Below, one piece after another: positions 15,962 through 31,909 of a DNA stretch of 64,000 nt (position 1 is its first letter; every line of letters starts with the position of its first letter). A program made the translations under genes and the position numbers. The stretch covers positions 191,952,001-192,016,000 of the forward strand of contig OZ024740.1 in the NCBI GenBank assembly GCA_964016885.1. Reading direction: 5' to 3'. The notes below the pieces were generated by a model. It ran no database searches and was not told where the DNA came from. It was given only the letters and a program-made list of their open reading frames with translations. The stretch is from Eledone cirrhosa. Lineage: Eukaryota.

Positions 15962-16760
15962 TTAAGGTGGTTGAGTCATCGTAGGAATGTCAATCCAGTT
16001 ACAGAGCAGATGTGATTTCAGATGGGGACAATATCTGAAGATCTCGGTCCTGGAGTTAAGGCAAGTTGAAGTGGCTTTCAAATTCTGTAGAATTCTAAAT
16101 TTTTCAGTGGTACACAAAGAACAATTCTTTGAGCCCCTTTGGTATTCACTCGAATGGTCTAAATTAGACCAATCGATAGAGTACGGGATGTTATTATCTT
16201 TGAATTTCCAAACCTTATTAGCGAGGGCCGCTGCTGTTCTTTTATCAGAGTGTTTAAAAGAAGCGACATATGCATAACACCTGGTTTTAAAACTGTCTTG
16301 ATTCATACCAACATATCGTTCACTCCTGGCTGGCTGGTTGTTAATCAAAGATGTTACTTTCGCCTCATATACAACGGATTTGGTGTTACATTTGCCCTGT
16401 AATGGGCATTCATCCGGCTTTCCGCATCTGCATCCTGGATTTATTCTCGAACAATTACAGTTGGTGATTTTAGATTTCATAAAAGCGGAGCAAGAGTAAC
16501 TAATTTTAACTACATTTCTATTAAATATCTTATAATATCTATGATTATGGGGAAAATGCTTATCTAGGAGGTCAAGGAATTACCTTCCTACATTAGTTTT
16601 GACAGTTAGAGAGAATGGGGGTGTAAACCAAATAATTTTCCTTTTCCTATTATTGTGATTAGTTTTAGGGGAAGTGTAGGTAAATATGTAATCTGTTCTG
16701 TAAAGACGCTGTTAATGAGGGGCTTTATTATAATAAGGGGCAGCTTTATTAATTTTTCTT
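15962..16760 (-). pseudogene. YRDD-type PLE linker and GIY-YIG endonuclease, 5'-truncated
   Basis: RKIIWFTPPFS..KTNVGR*FLDLLDKHFPHNH..IFNRNVVKISYSC, then CRC..CPLQGKC..VVYEAKV..YVGM..FKTR..CSLCTTEK..LNSRTE..CPH. Confidence 0.88.
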
Positions 16761-16789
16761 ATGTTACTTATTTTCCTTATTCCCACCTA

Positions 16790-18430
<1,641 letters not shown>

Positions 18431-20889
18431 ACATATATATATATATATATATAAACATCAGGACATATGGATTTTATTTTCAACACATACTTTGCAGGTA
18501 TCAGTTGATCACCGGGTCGATGTAGCTTCTCTTTCTATTGCGTTACCTTGTGGTTTGAATTGACCTGTCTTGAGTTATTGTACCGTTTATTTTGTTTAAT
18601 ATCGTCATTTTATAATTTCACAATCCTTACAAATTGTGGGAAATAAATTCAATTTTAGAACCCTAAAGACCTTGTCACTTTCGAAACTCTAATACCGTTT
18701 AATATACGAAATATATTTTCATCCTCTTCATCTCATAAGATTACATTTATTAAACAACGCAACTTGAAACTAACATATTTCTAACAGTTAATTTCATGGT
18801 TATTCGTTATATCGTTCGAATTATAAAACATTACATAGATTAGTTTTAAGAAACGACGGCTTTCAATTCCATTAATCGTTTGCATCACATTTCCTCTCTG
18901 CCGAATTTATTATTTTTACTGGAAACACACAGAGTAATTAATATATATTTAAGTTAATCACACAATGCATAATGCATTGTGATATAGTGAACTAAATGTT
19001 GACAGTTTCTCATGTACTGTCCTCATTGAAACATAAACTACGCCGTAGAAAAAGCGATAGTGGTGTTGCAAAATAAATGTGCCATCTTATGCGCTGTTTG
19101 ATGCTGATTAATAGAATTATTGAAGGGAAAATACTACTGTATGAATTACTATACTTACGTTAAGGTTGACATTAAAACTTTCCTTTCAAATAATTAGAGA
19201 GCCATCCGAAACACAAAACCTCATTTTACTATACCGGTAACACTATCTTTATTAGGTTGTTAGTTCACCAAAGGCCAGGATAGTTACTAAATCAATAACT
19301 ATTTCTTGCTTGGTACTTCATTAAACGCACCTACTCACTTCTATTTCTCGTTAAATGACTCAACAAGCTGCCATCTAATTTTGAAAATATAGTTGCATCT
19401 CGTCTAATCGGTTCTCACTCGCAATATACGTCCCTGAATAACATTAAAAAATGACTACGTATATATTATGTCCATCCAATTAATATGAGTCTTCTTACCT
19501 ATGCGACCAATCAAACATTATGCCTTCCTTCCTAGGCAGACTAATTTAGTTTGTTTCCACTTAAATATTTTCATGAATTACTAATCTTCAGTACATCAAA
19601 AGAAACATTAACTAAACGCAGTCGCCTATTATTGTTCAGTCAAAAGTGCCTAATGGCAGATAGGTTTATCTCTGCATCAATGTATGAAATATATCGCTAT
19701 CATTCAATCAACATTATTCCTCTAGATTCATATTGCTATATCTAATAATTTAATTATTTTCTTGGATACAAGAGCTATAACAATCCAGTAACTAAATTTA
19801 TAATTAATGTATATATAGAGAGGTATGTTCGTGTATGTTGTAGATTGATATGGAAAATATAAAATAATTAGTTTCTTTGCCAGATCAGCCCTTTTAATGG
19901 AACATTGGTTTAATCGATTAACTCGACGTAGGAATATTACTATCATAAATGTCATGAGCGATATAATACTCAATGTTACAGTACATTATGGTGAAGAATA
20001 CGCAAAGCGTATGTAACCTCTCTATCAACATTAACCCCTTACGCTAATGAACATATTTCTTACGTTATTCTGAAACCTAAAATATATGGTAAAGTGAAAA
20101 TGTGAATTTATTACATTAGCGGTTCCATAGTAGCATCAGTTATGTTGCTGAGAATAATAAATAAGAATTATATTATATTAATATATCCCTCAGTTTACAT
20201 TGTATGATAAAAATATATGCATAAACAAATAGTTACTCAATTTGAATAATCTAACTTAGTTTGCATGTATGCTCAAATTTGTTCAATATACTGAATGGTG
20301 TTAAATAGTTAATCCTCTTATCTAATTCACATATGAACCAGTTGATTAAACTTCATTTACGTATATAGATAATCGTAAAGACAGACAACATGCAGAGTTG
20401 CACCACTCTACTGTAATTGCGAATGATATTTAATGAAAGAGTTCACGTTTTTCACTATTTTATTGCTTATTTAGAAGTCGAAGTATTATAAGAGACATGT
20501 GAATCTAAATTGTTGTTTTTGTTTTTAATTGAAATCGATACTAAAATACACTCTAGATATTATAAACATAAATCCCAGCAAAACTGATTAGAATGTTTTG
20601 AAGCCATCATCCCCATGATATTAGTGATAGAATAGAAATCACTACAATATCCACTCTATATAAGAAATCGATAATTTAAAAACAGGAATCTATGTGCAGT
20701 GAAAAACAATTTGTTAAAATGTACTTGGCGAAACCAAATGGGTTTCCGAAATATATTAACGAATTAATGATTTGAAAACTACTCCATTTGGACTATCCCA
20801 CAAAACTCGATAAAAACTATTTTATGACTGACGAATTGTTTGGAATACTTCTTTAGAGAGTATGCAGGGTATTTGTGTATGTACCTTAC

Positions 20890-21060
20890 CATACTGTACC
20901 GAGGACAAACTCCATTCTTTTCACGAGCATCTGGGCCAGAATCCTAATATCTGCATTCATAATTGTTACGAACTGGAAAGTGCTGATTTCATGGTTGATT
21001 GTGTAGTTCCTTTATAACGCCCCACCCTGTTTAATACTTGGCAAAATATCCAGTTAGTTG
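20890..21060 (-). pseudogene. Ancient L1/Tx1-like RT fragment
   Basis: Minus frame FQFVTIMNADIRILAQMLVKRMEFVLG resembles the L1/Tx1 motif RPITLLNADxKILAKxLAxRL. Confidence 0.55.
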
Positions 21061-21719
21061 TTAGCGGTCATGGAGGCAACCGAAAAGTCCAAGTACATTA
21101 TAAAACATTAATCACAGATTTACAGCATAACATCTAAATCAGATGATTTTAAGCATGCAAAACCGCCCAGCACCTCTTTTATCTATCTCCTTTTTTTTAA
21201 ATGTTAATTCTTTTTTTAACCTTCCACTTTTTCTTTTGAGAGGTCCAGCAAGCCATCGGCCTTGGAATTACGATCCTTACTATCCAGCTTACTATAATTT
21301 ACAATCACGTACTAAATATGTTTCCGACGTAGCTCACGAAAATGATATGAATCAAAACAAACGCCCACTCCGTATTCTATAAAATACTTAGTTTTAGATT
21401 CCTGTTCAACTTATGCCTCTCTCCTTTTCTATATCATCGAATGGTTAGGTAATTGTGTCTGAAATAATGCACCGTATTTTTACATTGTATTCTCGGTTTA
21501 GTGTTTCAACGAAATGATCCAGTCACCTTGTAACAGCGAGCAATACATTTTTCTGACTGGCTTTTCTTATGTTGCGAACTCACCTCTTTCTAATTCATTC
21601 TTCTCCCTCGTTTCTTCTTTGCTACAACCTATGCATTGAACGTAATGTGCACTCTTTTGGGGATGCTCCACTATTTAATAAACATAAACTTCAGGTTAAT
21701 TTAATTTCCTACAGCCTTA

Positions 21720-21970
21720 AGGTTTCCACGTCACGTGAACATCTACTCGCCAGTAAATGTTCACTTATCAAGATCAATAATATATCTAGCAAATGATCTC
21801 TCTAGTCATCATGTTGCAAGCGTAGCTTCTTTAAGATAAACGTCTCTCCCATGTATGATTCTCGACAACCAATGGAATCCAGCCGCCATGTTCTTCTCGG
21901 AGATGAAAGGAGAAGTAATCTGCATGCACCAGACTTCCGGATATTTATGCCCACGTGATCCAATTGATAA
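21720..21970 (-). promoter_or_regulatory. Candidate housekeeping-type promoter/TSS region
   Basis: Non-repetitive, locally CpG-richer cluster: CACGTCACGTGA (21727), CCAAT (21869, 21960), YY1-like AACATGGCGGC (- strand, 21882-21892), ETS CCGGAAGT (- strand, 21933-21940), E-box CACGTG (21952). Confidence 0.4.
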
Positions 21971-22463
21971 TCTTGACGGAGCTCGTGACACCGAATCATA
22001 CCTCATCCTCGCACAAAAAAAACACACGCTTAAATTCCGCTAAATTCTTGTCAACGGAAATATATGTTCACTTTGTAGCCGAATAGAAGACTTATGAGAA
22101 CGTGTGTGCAAGAATGGCTAAGACATTGAATTTCTTCTACAGTAAATTGACAAGAAAAAAACGTTTTTCTCGAGGTCTCTTCTTTTTCTTACATCCTCAG
22201 GTTTATTTTGAAGAAGGATATTTAAATATAAGTAATAAACATTTCATTTTTCCTTATATGATTTTACAGCGTGTCGTGGATATATTAATTTAGTATGTCT
22301 CTTATTTAATGATTGTGAGATCTCTCAAAATACTCCCATGAAATCCTAGCACACTCAGATTCCGGCTCATTTCATCTCCTGGAATTTGTCTTCGTCGTAG
22401 TATATCAAATAATATATATAAACACACACGCAGTAACCGCCTCATATATATATATATATATAT

Positions 22464-22560
22464 ATAGAAACGAGTTCCTATTACCCTCTCTACTACCCTA
22501 GGTATTGAGTACTTTGGTGCGTTATGGTCCATCTGGTTCCTTACCACATTTCCTTCGTTA
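22464..22560 (-). mobile_element. Hairpin-element family copy with the hairpin deleted
   Basis: Reverse complement matches 56891-56963 and 43085-43157. The palindrome has collapsed to tagaaacgagttcctat. Confidence 0.7.
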
Positions 22561-22633
22561 TATATATATATATTGCATTCTTTTTTCTATGTCCATATCT
22601 GCATTGTCTTGGCCTTATTACACATATTCTAAC

Positions 22634-22701
<68 letters not shown>

Positions 22702-22775
22702 CATTAAATAGGTATGTATGTATGCTTATATGAAATCACACTATATATAATACCGAGAATTACACACACACACGC

Positions 22776-22839
<64 letters not shown>

Positions 22840-24446
22840 ACTATATCTATATCTATATCTCTCTCTCTCTATATATATATATATATACTATATTGTTTTA
22901 ATAAGTATGTATCAATGTGCATGTATATATGCATATGTGAAAATATATTGTTTTTCACAGGAGCTAGTAAAAAGTTATATAAATAAAAAATGAACAAAAA
23001 ATATAAATCTACAGGCCACACTTTCTGTATCAGGACGTTGAAAATTCTTAAATTTAAGGACGGCATTGGTAGCTGACTTCGAAATATATAGTGGTAAAAG
23101 AAATAACACACACTGTAACAAATATGATGTGGATATTGCAATAATCTATTAAAAAAAGAAAGTTATTATGAATGCAGCCAGAAATACAATAATAGGATAA
23201 GTAAATAGGAAACATACGATAGAACCGGAGAAAGTATGCTTTATTAAAATGTTACATATACAACTGCAAAAAACATAGGAAAACAGGTACAACCTGTTGT
23301 GCAAGGGAATAGGTCGGAAAAGAAGGGAATATTGGCGTCTTTCGTATGGGAACAATACAACGTGGTGAGAGGGAATAAACAATTGGTTTACTGGGACGAA
23401 AACAGTATGCGAATGCTAATGTGAGAGTGCAAACATAGAATGGGGGAAACCTATAGGGAATGGGACCGTAGTACAGTATTTGGGATTGCGTCAAAGAGGA
23501 AAGTATGCAAGAGTCGTGGAAAAAGAGAGACAGTCAGAGAGAAAACAGATACGTATATGTGATATAGCGACAGAAAACGGGGAAAACACTCAGTCGTATA
23601 TTTACAAAGCCATACAGTATATTTTTCTGTGTAAGTTTCTATTTGTACATATATTTGAAAAGCTGTCCATATATGTGTTAGTCAGAATGTGACAAACATC
23701 AAGGATTTGCTTTCAAAACACCACATTAGATGCCGAATCGGATATTAAAATTGATATTTAGTTTCGATGAAATATTTTATATAACAGCAATTTGAATAGA
23801 TAGGCCTTAATTGCATTAACCCAATCTAATGGTAGTGTAAAGATCACCTAGATGACATGTATTTAATTAAGACTTTGCCTTGATTATTAAGAAGTTATTG
23901 ACAATTTGACTGATGCCAAGCGAAAGTTCATTCCGCATTTAATGAATGAAATAAGGACTGAATAGATTAAAGTAATTCAAAATCAGAGTAGCACCTATCG
24001 AAAACTCACCATATAAACGTAGGTGTGCTGGAATTGCGTGATATATCGCAGGAGAGATGGTGTAAAAGTGATATGCATTATTACTTTCTCTAAGGTTTTA
24101 ATAGTTAGTAAACGTTCTGTGGGGTTTTCAATATTTTGTAATATTGCGGTATGTCCATCTGTTGCGGAAAATTATTGTCATATCGAAGATTTGATATTTT
24201 GTGAAATATGTATTCAAAACTACATTGAGATTCTATTTCCATTGTAAATTTCTGTGTATATAATTTAATCTGCGTATCATATATTGTAGAAATTATGTCT
24301 GTCACTTCACATCAAATTGGAGTCGATATTCACGTATTCATACGTGTCTGCAAAACAGTTGTAGAGCAGTTTTAGTGTCATAATATTTAAGTAGAACAGG
24401 TGCTCCTTACAATTAAGGTGAACGATCAATGTAGATCGAAATTAAT

Positions 24447-24632
24447 TGTTTCTACTTTTGGCACAAGGCCAGCAATTTCCCAGTGCATTACTGGTACTTT
24501 ATTTTATCGACCCCGTAAGGATGAAAGGCAAAGTCAACCTCGGCGGGATTTGAACTCAGATCGTAAAGGGTCGTAACTATGCTGGAAAGCATGGCGTCCG
24601 ACCCTCTACCGATACTGCCAATCCACCGCCCT
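24447..24632 (-). mobile_element. tRNA-derived SINE, full length, 17-bp TSD
   Basis: Minus strand: A box TGGCAGTATCGG, B box GTTCAAATCC, central GCCTTTCATCCTTACGGGGTCGATAAAATAAAGTACCAG. TSD tgtagatcgaaattaat at 24430-24446 and 24633-24649. Confidence 0.92.
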
Positions 24633-25964
24633 TGTAGATCGAAATTAATAACAGTAAATGTATGTATAAATTATAGATAAATTCCCGAGTAGAATAGGAT
24701 ATTAATGCTTGGACGAACCACATTAAGCATATTAACTTACTAATACATAAAGGTCCATTGTCATAGATTCTACGAGACTTACGTTTTAATCCCAACATCA
24801 ATTTGCGTCATCGATTAACGAGCGCGAGTGAACATGTTAGACAACTCGTCATTATTCTTGATCCTTTACTGTACGTCAACGTAGACGAAATGTCATTACG
24901 ATGAAAGATATTTGAACATTACCTAACGCTTCTTTTCTCCTTAGATATGCTTTAAATAAACTATCAATACATTCACGTTAGTGCAAATATAACAACACAC
25001 ACGTATGGATTTTGGTGTCCATCTGCAGACTCCCATGAATAAATAAATTCATATCAGTCATGTTTAGTACAGATACGAATAATACTTTACAGGAAATGTT
25101 CATGTAGTAATGCACTTTAGTATTTAAAATTGATGAATAGCTGGTAAGGACGTAGATTAAGTGGTGCCTACATCAGAACAGATACACACACACATGCAAT
25201 GCCGTCACCCTGACATTTGTTCTTCATTGTTTCGACACCGTGATGGAACTTGGACATGCAAAACATGAAATTAAAACCTTCAAACGAATGTTTGCCAAAA
25301 TCATTTTTGTCATTCTATATGATATTTGATAATCTCTTTTTTTTGGTGATCTTTGCCCCATTTTTGTTTCCAAATAAGAAAAGAAAATTACGAATTTTTG
25401 AAATCTGATTGTTTAGCGAATATTCACTCTGATTTCCCTGATTTTGATTTATTAATTTGCTTTACAATAATATCTTTTGGATAAGCGTTTAATTACATTT
25501 TGAAGTGGCTGGATAAATACAATAATTTTGTTATTGGCCTATAAGGAAATAGTTTCGATTAAAACACAATATTAGGAGACAATGTTCTTTTGAATATTTG
25601 AAACACGCAAGCAAACTTCGAGGTATTGGAAAATTGACTAATTAATAGAATGACTCCATTAATATTGATCGCATACTTTACAGTTCTTGGACAAGTCTGC
25701 CTCCAGAACTATCTATTCATAGAAAATGGCGCCTTTTTCAGAAGGAAATTTCATATCAAGTAACCCCCTGTAGTTCGTAGTGAACGACATAAATCCAGGC
25801 TGACGACACGTAATTTTGCTGCACGCAATTTATTCACAACCAGGCAGAAAAATCATAGTCACTCACGCATTAAATATCTCCGGGAAAAATATTAGCTATT
25901 GCATTATGTATTATATTCATAATGATTTCTAACCTAAGCTCATGACATTAAATGTGGAGTAGGA

Positions 25965-26110
25965 TAACTGCCGATTTTATCGACCCACAAAACCTGACTT
26001 GTATTTATCTATCTTCCTGGAAGGATGAAGGGCAAAGTTAACCCGAGCGATATTTCAAAAGATACATTGTCGGAACAAATACTGCACGCCATTATATTCA
26101 ACCCACTAAT
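25965..26110 (-). mobile_element. Degenerate SINE related to 24447
   Basis: Remnants atcgaccc..ttgtatttatc..gaaggatgaagggcaaagttaacccgagcgatatttcaa. Confidence 0.55.
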
Positions 26111-26449
26111 CATTTTAATAATCTAATTCCGTGTATACTTTATTGAAAAAAATATTTTAAATACAAGATGCATGTTATTTATACTTCTTAAAGGGACAAT
26201 ATCAGAAGTTGAGGCATGAATCGAGGAGGCCTTCATTGAAGGATTATACATGTCATTCTGTGCTTAACTGTTTATACAAGGGACGACGTAAAATGTTGGG
26301 GCCTCAAACAGAAAGCAAATATATATGCAAATGGAAATTTCTTTTTCAAATCTGTGACATTTTCAAGTAGGGTTAGCCAAATTGGAGGGCCTAAACACTC
26401 TTCCATTACTTTAAGCAAAATCTTAAAGTTGATGTACTTAAGCGTTTTA

Positions 26450-27485
26450 TTACAAATGGAGGCATGCGAGTATGAATCAGTGAGCAAGTAACTGCAGATG
26501 AATCACATGAGCCCAGCTGAGATGACCTTCTGGTAGAGATGCTCTGTCATCTGTCACGGGTATACGATGGGCCAATGAAGCTCGGCAAGGAAGGATTGCG
26601 CTATGATCTAAGATAGGCGAGGGCGTCAAAAGTGACCACACCAGAAATAATTAAGCTTGTCTTGAGATGATGATGGAGGCTTGACAACCTCCATCTCGCA
26701 GTAACCAATCAATAATCTTCTGATGAATGAGCCTGGTTTGGGAGAGGTAGCTGCATGGTGGGGTTCTTTAATGTTGTATCATGAACAAATGCGCACTCGT
26801 CAACGATGGATTCCTACAATTTGGAACGTTTTGAAAATGATCCAGATTTCCTGGTACGATTTGTACCTATGGACGATCTACGTGCATCACTATCAACCTG
26901 AAACTCTAGGACAGGCTAAAGAGCGCATGCTTCCATTCTCAATCCCCCCGAAGAAGGGCACGATCACACCATCAGCCAGAAAGTTCATAGCTATCATTTT
27001 CTGGGATGCACAAGGAGTGTTATTGGTGCATAATCTGAAAAAAGTAGCCACACCAGCAGCCGACAATACTAAACCAACCTGCTTATACGAAGGTGCAAGA
27101 ACAATAAGAAGGGGCCAGGATTACTGACGACAGAATTCTTGTTCTATCATGACAATTCTCATGCCCACATCTCAGTGATGGCAATGGTAACAAAACGCTA
27201 CTGGAGATCGCAACTTATCCCTCATCCATCATACATGAGATCTAGAACCCTCCAAAATCCAACTATTCTCAAACATGAAAAACAATATAACCGGACAACA
27301 CTATGCCATTCATGATGACGCCAGATATGCTGAGAACACCTATCTGGAGGACCAAACTAATGAGCTTTACTTCAGTGGGATCTAGACATCTGGGGAAATG
27401 TGTGGACCGAAAGGGAAAGTGTGTTGAAAACTAAAACGAGAGATTTCTATCGTTTCGCGAAGGCTCAAAGCTTTTCAGTCGCCTG
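26450..27485 (+). mobile_element. Decayed Tc1/mariner (mariner-type) transposon
   Basis: VHHYQPET..PSARKFIAIIFWDAQGVLLVHNLKK; LFYHDNSHAH; LIPHPSY..LFSNMK (remnant of HPPYSPDLAP); TIR-like ggctcaaagcttttcagtcgcc at the 3' end. Confidence 0.85.
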
Positions 27486-28159
27486 TGAGAAAGGCATAAA
27501 TTAATAGTTAAAAATATAATATTGAGTATGCTGTAATGGGTGATGTATTACTATTAAAATTCCAATTCCATTGCTTCGATATACCTAGCCATAAATATCT
27601 GAGTTCCCATGCGTTTATGAGTTCATCACTCCTTGTATAACTGCTGTATACAAGTATATATTTCGACGAAATGTGTTATTGTCTTGAGAATCTGAATATA
27701 TGGAAATGAAAGTTGTATGTCGTAGATAATTATAACAAACAGCAAATTTGTTTGAAAGACGTGAAAGTCAGAAAGTACAGATGTATATATATAACAGTAC
27801 TATATAAAGTATGGCAAGTGTTAATGAACACAGAGACAAATTTGTCTGAAGCTACCAAAAGTCTAATATCATACATTGAGCAAATGAGAGATGCATAATC
27901 CTTAAAGTCTGATCAGTTGTTTATCTTATCAACACAGGATTAAGACCTGGAAATCTGGAGAGGTGGGTTTTGGCACACAATCAAATTACAGGATATGTGG
28001 TGCATAAGGGGAGCTGTGGAAAAACAATATTTACCACAGAAATATATAATTCCACAAGACATTTCTAATAGAAGAGTACATATTCTTGTTTGAAGCGTGG
28101 CGTGACACACGCACATCACGCACAATCATACACAGGCACACGCTCACACACATACACAC

Positions 28160-28252
<93 letters not shown>

Positions 28253-28271
28253 CATACATACATACACACAA

Positions 28272-28330
<59 letters not shown>

Positions 28331-28715
28331 CACGTCTGATAACAATGCATGATCCATGCACAGACATAGTTCCATCATGATTGAAGCTACTCGGGTACTT
28401 TTATTTTACTGATAACAATCTATGTAATATAGATAAATAAATTCATATCACCCATGTTTAGTACAGATACGACTAATACTTTACAGGAAATATTCATGTA
28501 GTAAGGCACTTTAATATTTAACATTGATGAATAGCTTGTAAGGACGTAGATTAAGTGGTAACTACATCATAACAAAGATTTTGGAGATACTTTTTTGTAG
28601 TTTTAGTAAAAGCATCCTTCATTTACTTGCGTTTTATTTACAGTGGGGTAACGGGATAATTAATCCTACTCTACTCTAAATATATATAAAACCACAGACC
28701 CTCCATCTCAACTCT

Positions 28716-28753
28716 ACTTTTGAAAAGCAGAAGAACTGCGAAACCGGTAAAGG
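28716..28753 (+). ncRNA. Minimal hammerhead-like motif with TTGAAAA core variant
   Basis: CTT-TTGAAAA-GCAG-aagaa-CTGC-GAAAC-CG-GTA-AAG: perfect stem II and palindromic ACCGGT stem III. ATTAAA follows and the tail ends at (TA)n 28890. Confidence 0.55.
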
Positions 28754-28882
28754 AACCAATTAAATATATATATATATTTTAAATAAGACTCCAGTTGCAT
28801 TTACGATTTCATCTTTTTTAATTAATACTTTCAATCGTGTAGGACACCTCGGTTATTTTTCATTTTGTAAAATAAACCTCAC

Positions 28883-29209
<327 letters not shown>

Positions 29210-29210
<1 letters not shown>

Positions 29211-29915
29211 ATTAAAGAAAGTAACACGGTTGGCTGTACAATAAGTGCTTTATTCAAAGTGCTGACAATTGGTTCGTTGATCTGGTGCGTCTAGAGTTCG
29301 CCAATCGCTTGATGCTGCGTCAATCGATCTTCAAAACAATAACATCAGTAACCAAATAGCTAGAGAGTATTACTACTACTTTTAAAGTACTCTATCTTAG
29401 ATTTCGCATTTCACTTCAAACATTTGTATCATCTCTGTTTATTTAACTTGCGTGTTTTATTATTGATGTTATTGTTTTAATTATTCACTATCTAGCTATT
29501 TTGTTACTGATATTATTGTTTTGGTTTAACACCACTCTTGTATAAAAGCCATGCCTTACGTATTATTTTCATATCCACTTGCTCTGATGTATTGACTGGT
29601 TGTAAACAACGTATTGGAGATCGATTGACGCAGTATCAAGCGATTAGCGAACTCTATACGCACCAGATCAACGAAACAATTGTCAACACTTTGATTAAAG
29701 CCCTTATTGTACAGCCTACCATGTTACTCTTCTTTCTTTAACTATTAATACTCCAAGTATAACCTGCATAGAAATTACCGTGAACTCGTTGCATCACTAT
29801 GGAAGCGTCTTGTTGAGGCAAACTAAGCCGCACGTTAAAACCATCCACAACACGGAGTACTCTAACTAGACTACCTCTAAGTGGATCACCTATACCGATA
29901 ACTTGTTATCCCATA
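29210..29915 (+). mobile_element. Palindromic PLE pLTR cassette with a degenerate long-stem-II hammerhead (29580-29688)
   Basis: 29211-29335 is the reverse complement of 29615-29740, with inner inverted repeats 29335-29365 and 29490-29522. HHR reads TGCT-CTGATGT-ATTGACTGGT..ACCAGATCAAC-GAAAC-AATT-GTC-AACA; the other arm has AGCA. Confidence 0.7.
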
Positions 29916-30718
29916 TATATATATACTTAATAGACCACTTTTTTCAGTTTGTATCATATTGTTTAGCTCTGGTTGTTTAACTATGGAGGGCTTGCCAGCA
30001 TAATTCTGATTTTTGCGTTTCGTTTCGCTTTTTCTACCCGCCGAAATGTGATTCTCGCTGAATCTATATTTCTATTAATCTCCCGATTCTTACAATTAAC
30101 CTATTAATAATTCTATTGACAGATTAATTGCATTCTATTGACAGATTAATTGCAGTTTATTTTAAAAACTATTCGGTTGAGTGTTTATTCGATTTGTGCT
30201 ATTTATGCAATTTTGTGCATGATATACACATACTGAATTCATTTGCCAACATCTGGCGTTTTTGCTCTTGTGAATTACACATGTGCTTTTACGAAGTTCT
30301 ACGTCACAAATTTGGTAAAGAGCAAAACACCTGTTGACAACGAGATATTCCTTGTTCGATCATTATACCTAAAGCTTATAGTTTTATGCAGACAGTATTA
30401 TTGATTTAGGTGTCATAGAAACCTAGCCCTTGAATTTTACCATCAATTCCAATGGGCCCAGGTCTGTATTTTTTTTATCATTTATTTTGACCTGCTTAGT
30501 TTGATTTTTTATCATTTGTTTTGACCTGCTTAGCTTGATTTGCTTTTTAGCTTAGGTGGTGGATGCTTTCTTGACCACATTTTCAGTTTGTATGTCGTTT
30601 TAACTTATTGTTTATCTTGTTTTTTTAACTATGGAGCGCTTGCCAGCATAATTCTGATTTCTGATTTTTGCGGGGTTTTTTTGTCTTATCCTACACGCCG
30701 AAATGCGATTCTCGCTGA

Positions 30719-30795
<77 letters not shown>

Positions 30796-31254
30796 GAAGG
30801 GATATTCAATTTGTTGGTAATTCAACAAATATAAATGATTCAGATACATATGCAATTATTAATATATACAGATATGTGTACGTATAACCTACTACAAAAT
30901 TGTAATAAAATAAATACTTACAAACATAATTATCCATATAAGTATATACATAATATAGGTAAATATTTAAATGTTTTCCCCAAAGTTAAAGTAAATGTAA
31001 GTTCTTCTTTTCTTTTTTCCTTTTTCATTTTCTCTTTTTCATCCTTTTCTTTCTTTCCTACTAATACAAACACATATCTAAATTCTCCATAGCGTCTAAA
31101 ATAACGTTTTTTTCAAACATTTATCTCAACCTCATTTACATATTCATTTGCATACTCATCTTAACAATTTTGAAAAATGTGTCTGTAAGTCCAGTATCCA
31201 AGGAAAATTTCAACCGTTAAAGTATGTTCCTTGATTTTGTTAATATTTATAATC

Positions 31255-31363
31255 ACACTTTGTATTGTATCTGATGGAAGCGTACCAAAGTTGTTGGTAC
31301 CCTTGAAATATATATAATAGAATAAATATGTTTTTATAAATATAGTTTCCATTTATTTAATAT

Positions 31364-31410
<47 letters not shown>

Positions 31411-31560
31411 ATTAAATAAATGGAAAACAATATTTATAAAACCATATTTATTTCATTATATATATTTCGGGGATATCATATTAACAATATGCTATGCCTT
31501 CATTAGACAAAATACAATATAAACAGTTTTATAGATAAATATATTCAACATACCGTAATA
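31255..31560. mobile_element. Two convergent hammerhead-bearing pLTR ends around a (TA)n (31263-31324 +, 31451-31512 -)
   Basis: Cores are CTGATGG and CTAATGA, each followed by stem II, GAAA-TATATA-TA and stem I. Same family as 10125. Confidence 0.7.
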
Positions 31561-31874
31561 AACATCAACTTCATTTGAAGAGGTTTACGCTAGCAGTGAA
31601 AATACAGAGAGAAAGAAAGAGAGAGAGAAAAGAGGGAAATAAGAAAGAAAGAAAGACAAAACAAAGAAAAGGAAGAAAAAGAAGAAAAAGAAAAAGAAGA
31701 AATGCATGGGACAAAATAGAGAGATGGAAAAATAGATAAAGCGAAGAGCTTCACGTAAAGAGACAGAAAGAGATATATATATATAGAGAGAGAGGAAATA
31801 GAGATAGATACATATATATATATAGAAAATTAGGTAGTGGGAGGTCATATTGAGTAAGTGTATCAATGATGCAT

Positions 31875-31909
<35 letters not shown>

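Noticed and set aside
24560-24632. tRNA gene
   Set aside because: The A and B boxes belong to a SINE head with a body and TSD. No cloverleaf is evident.
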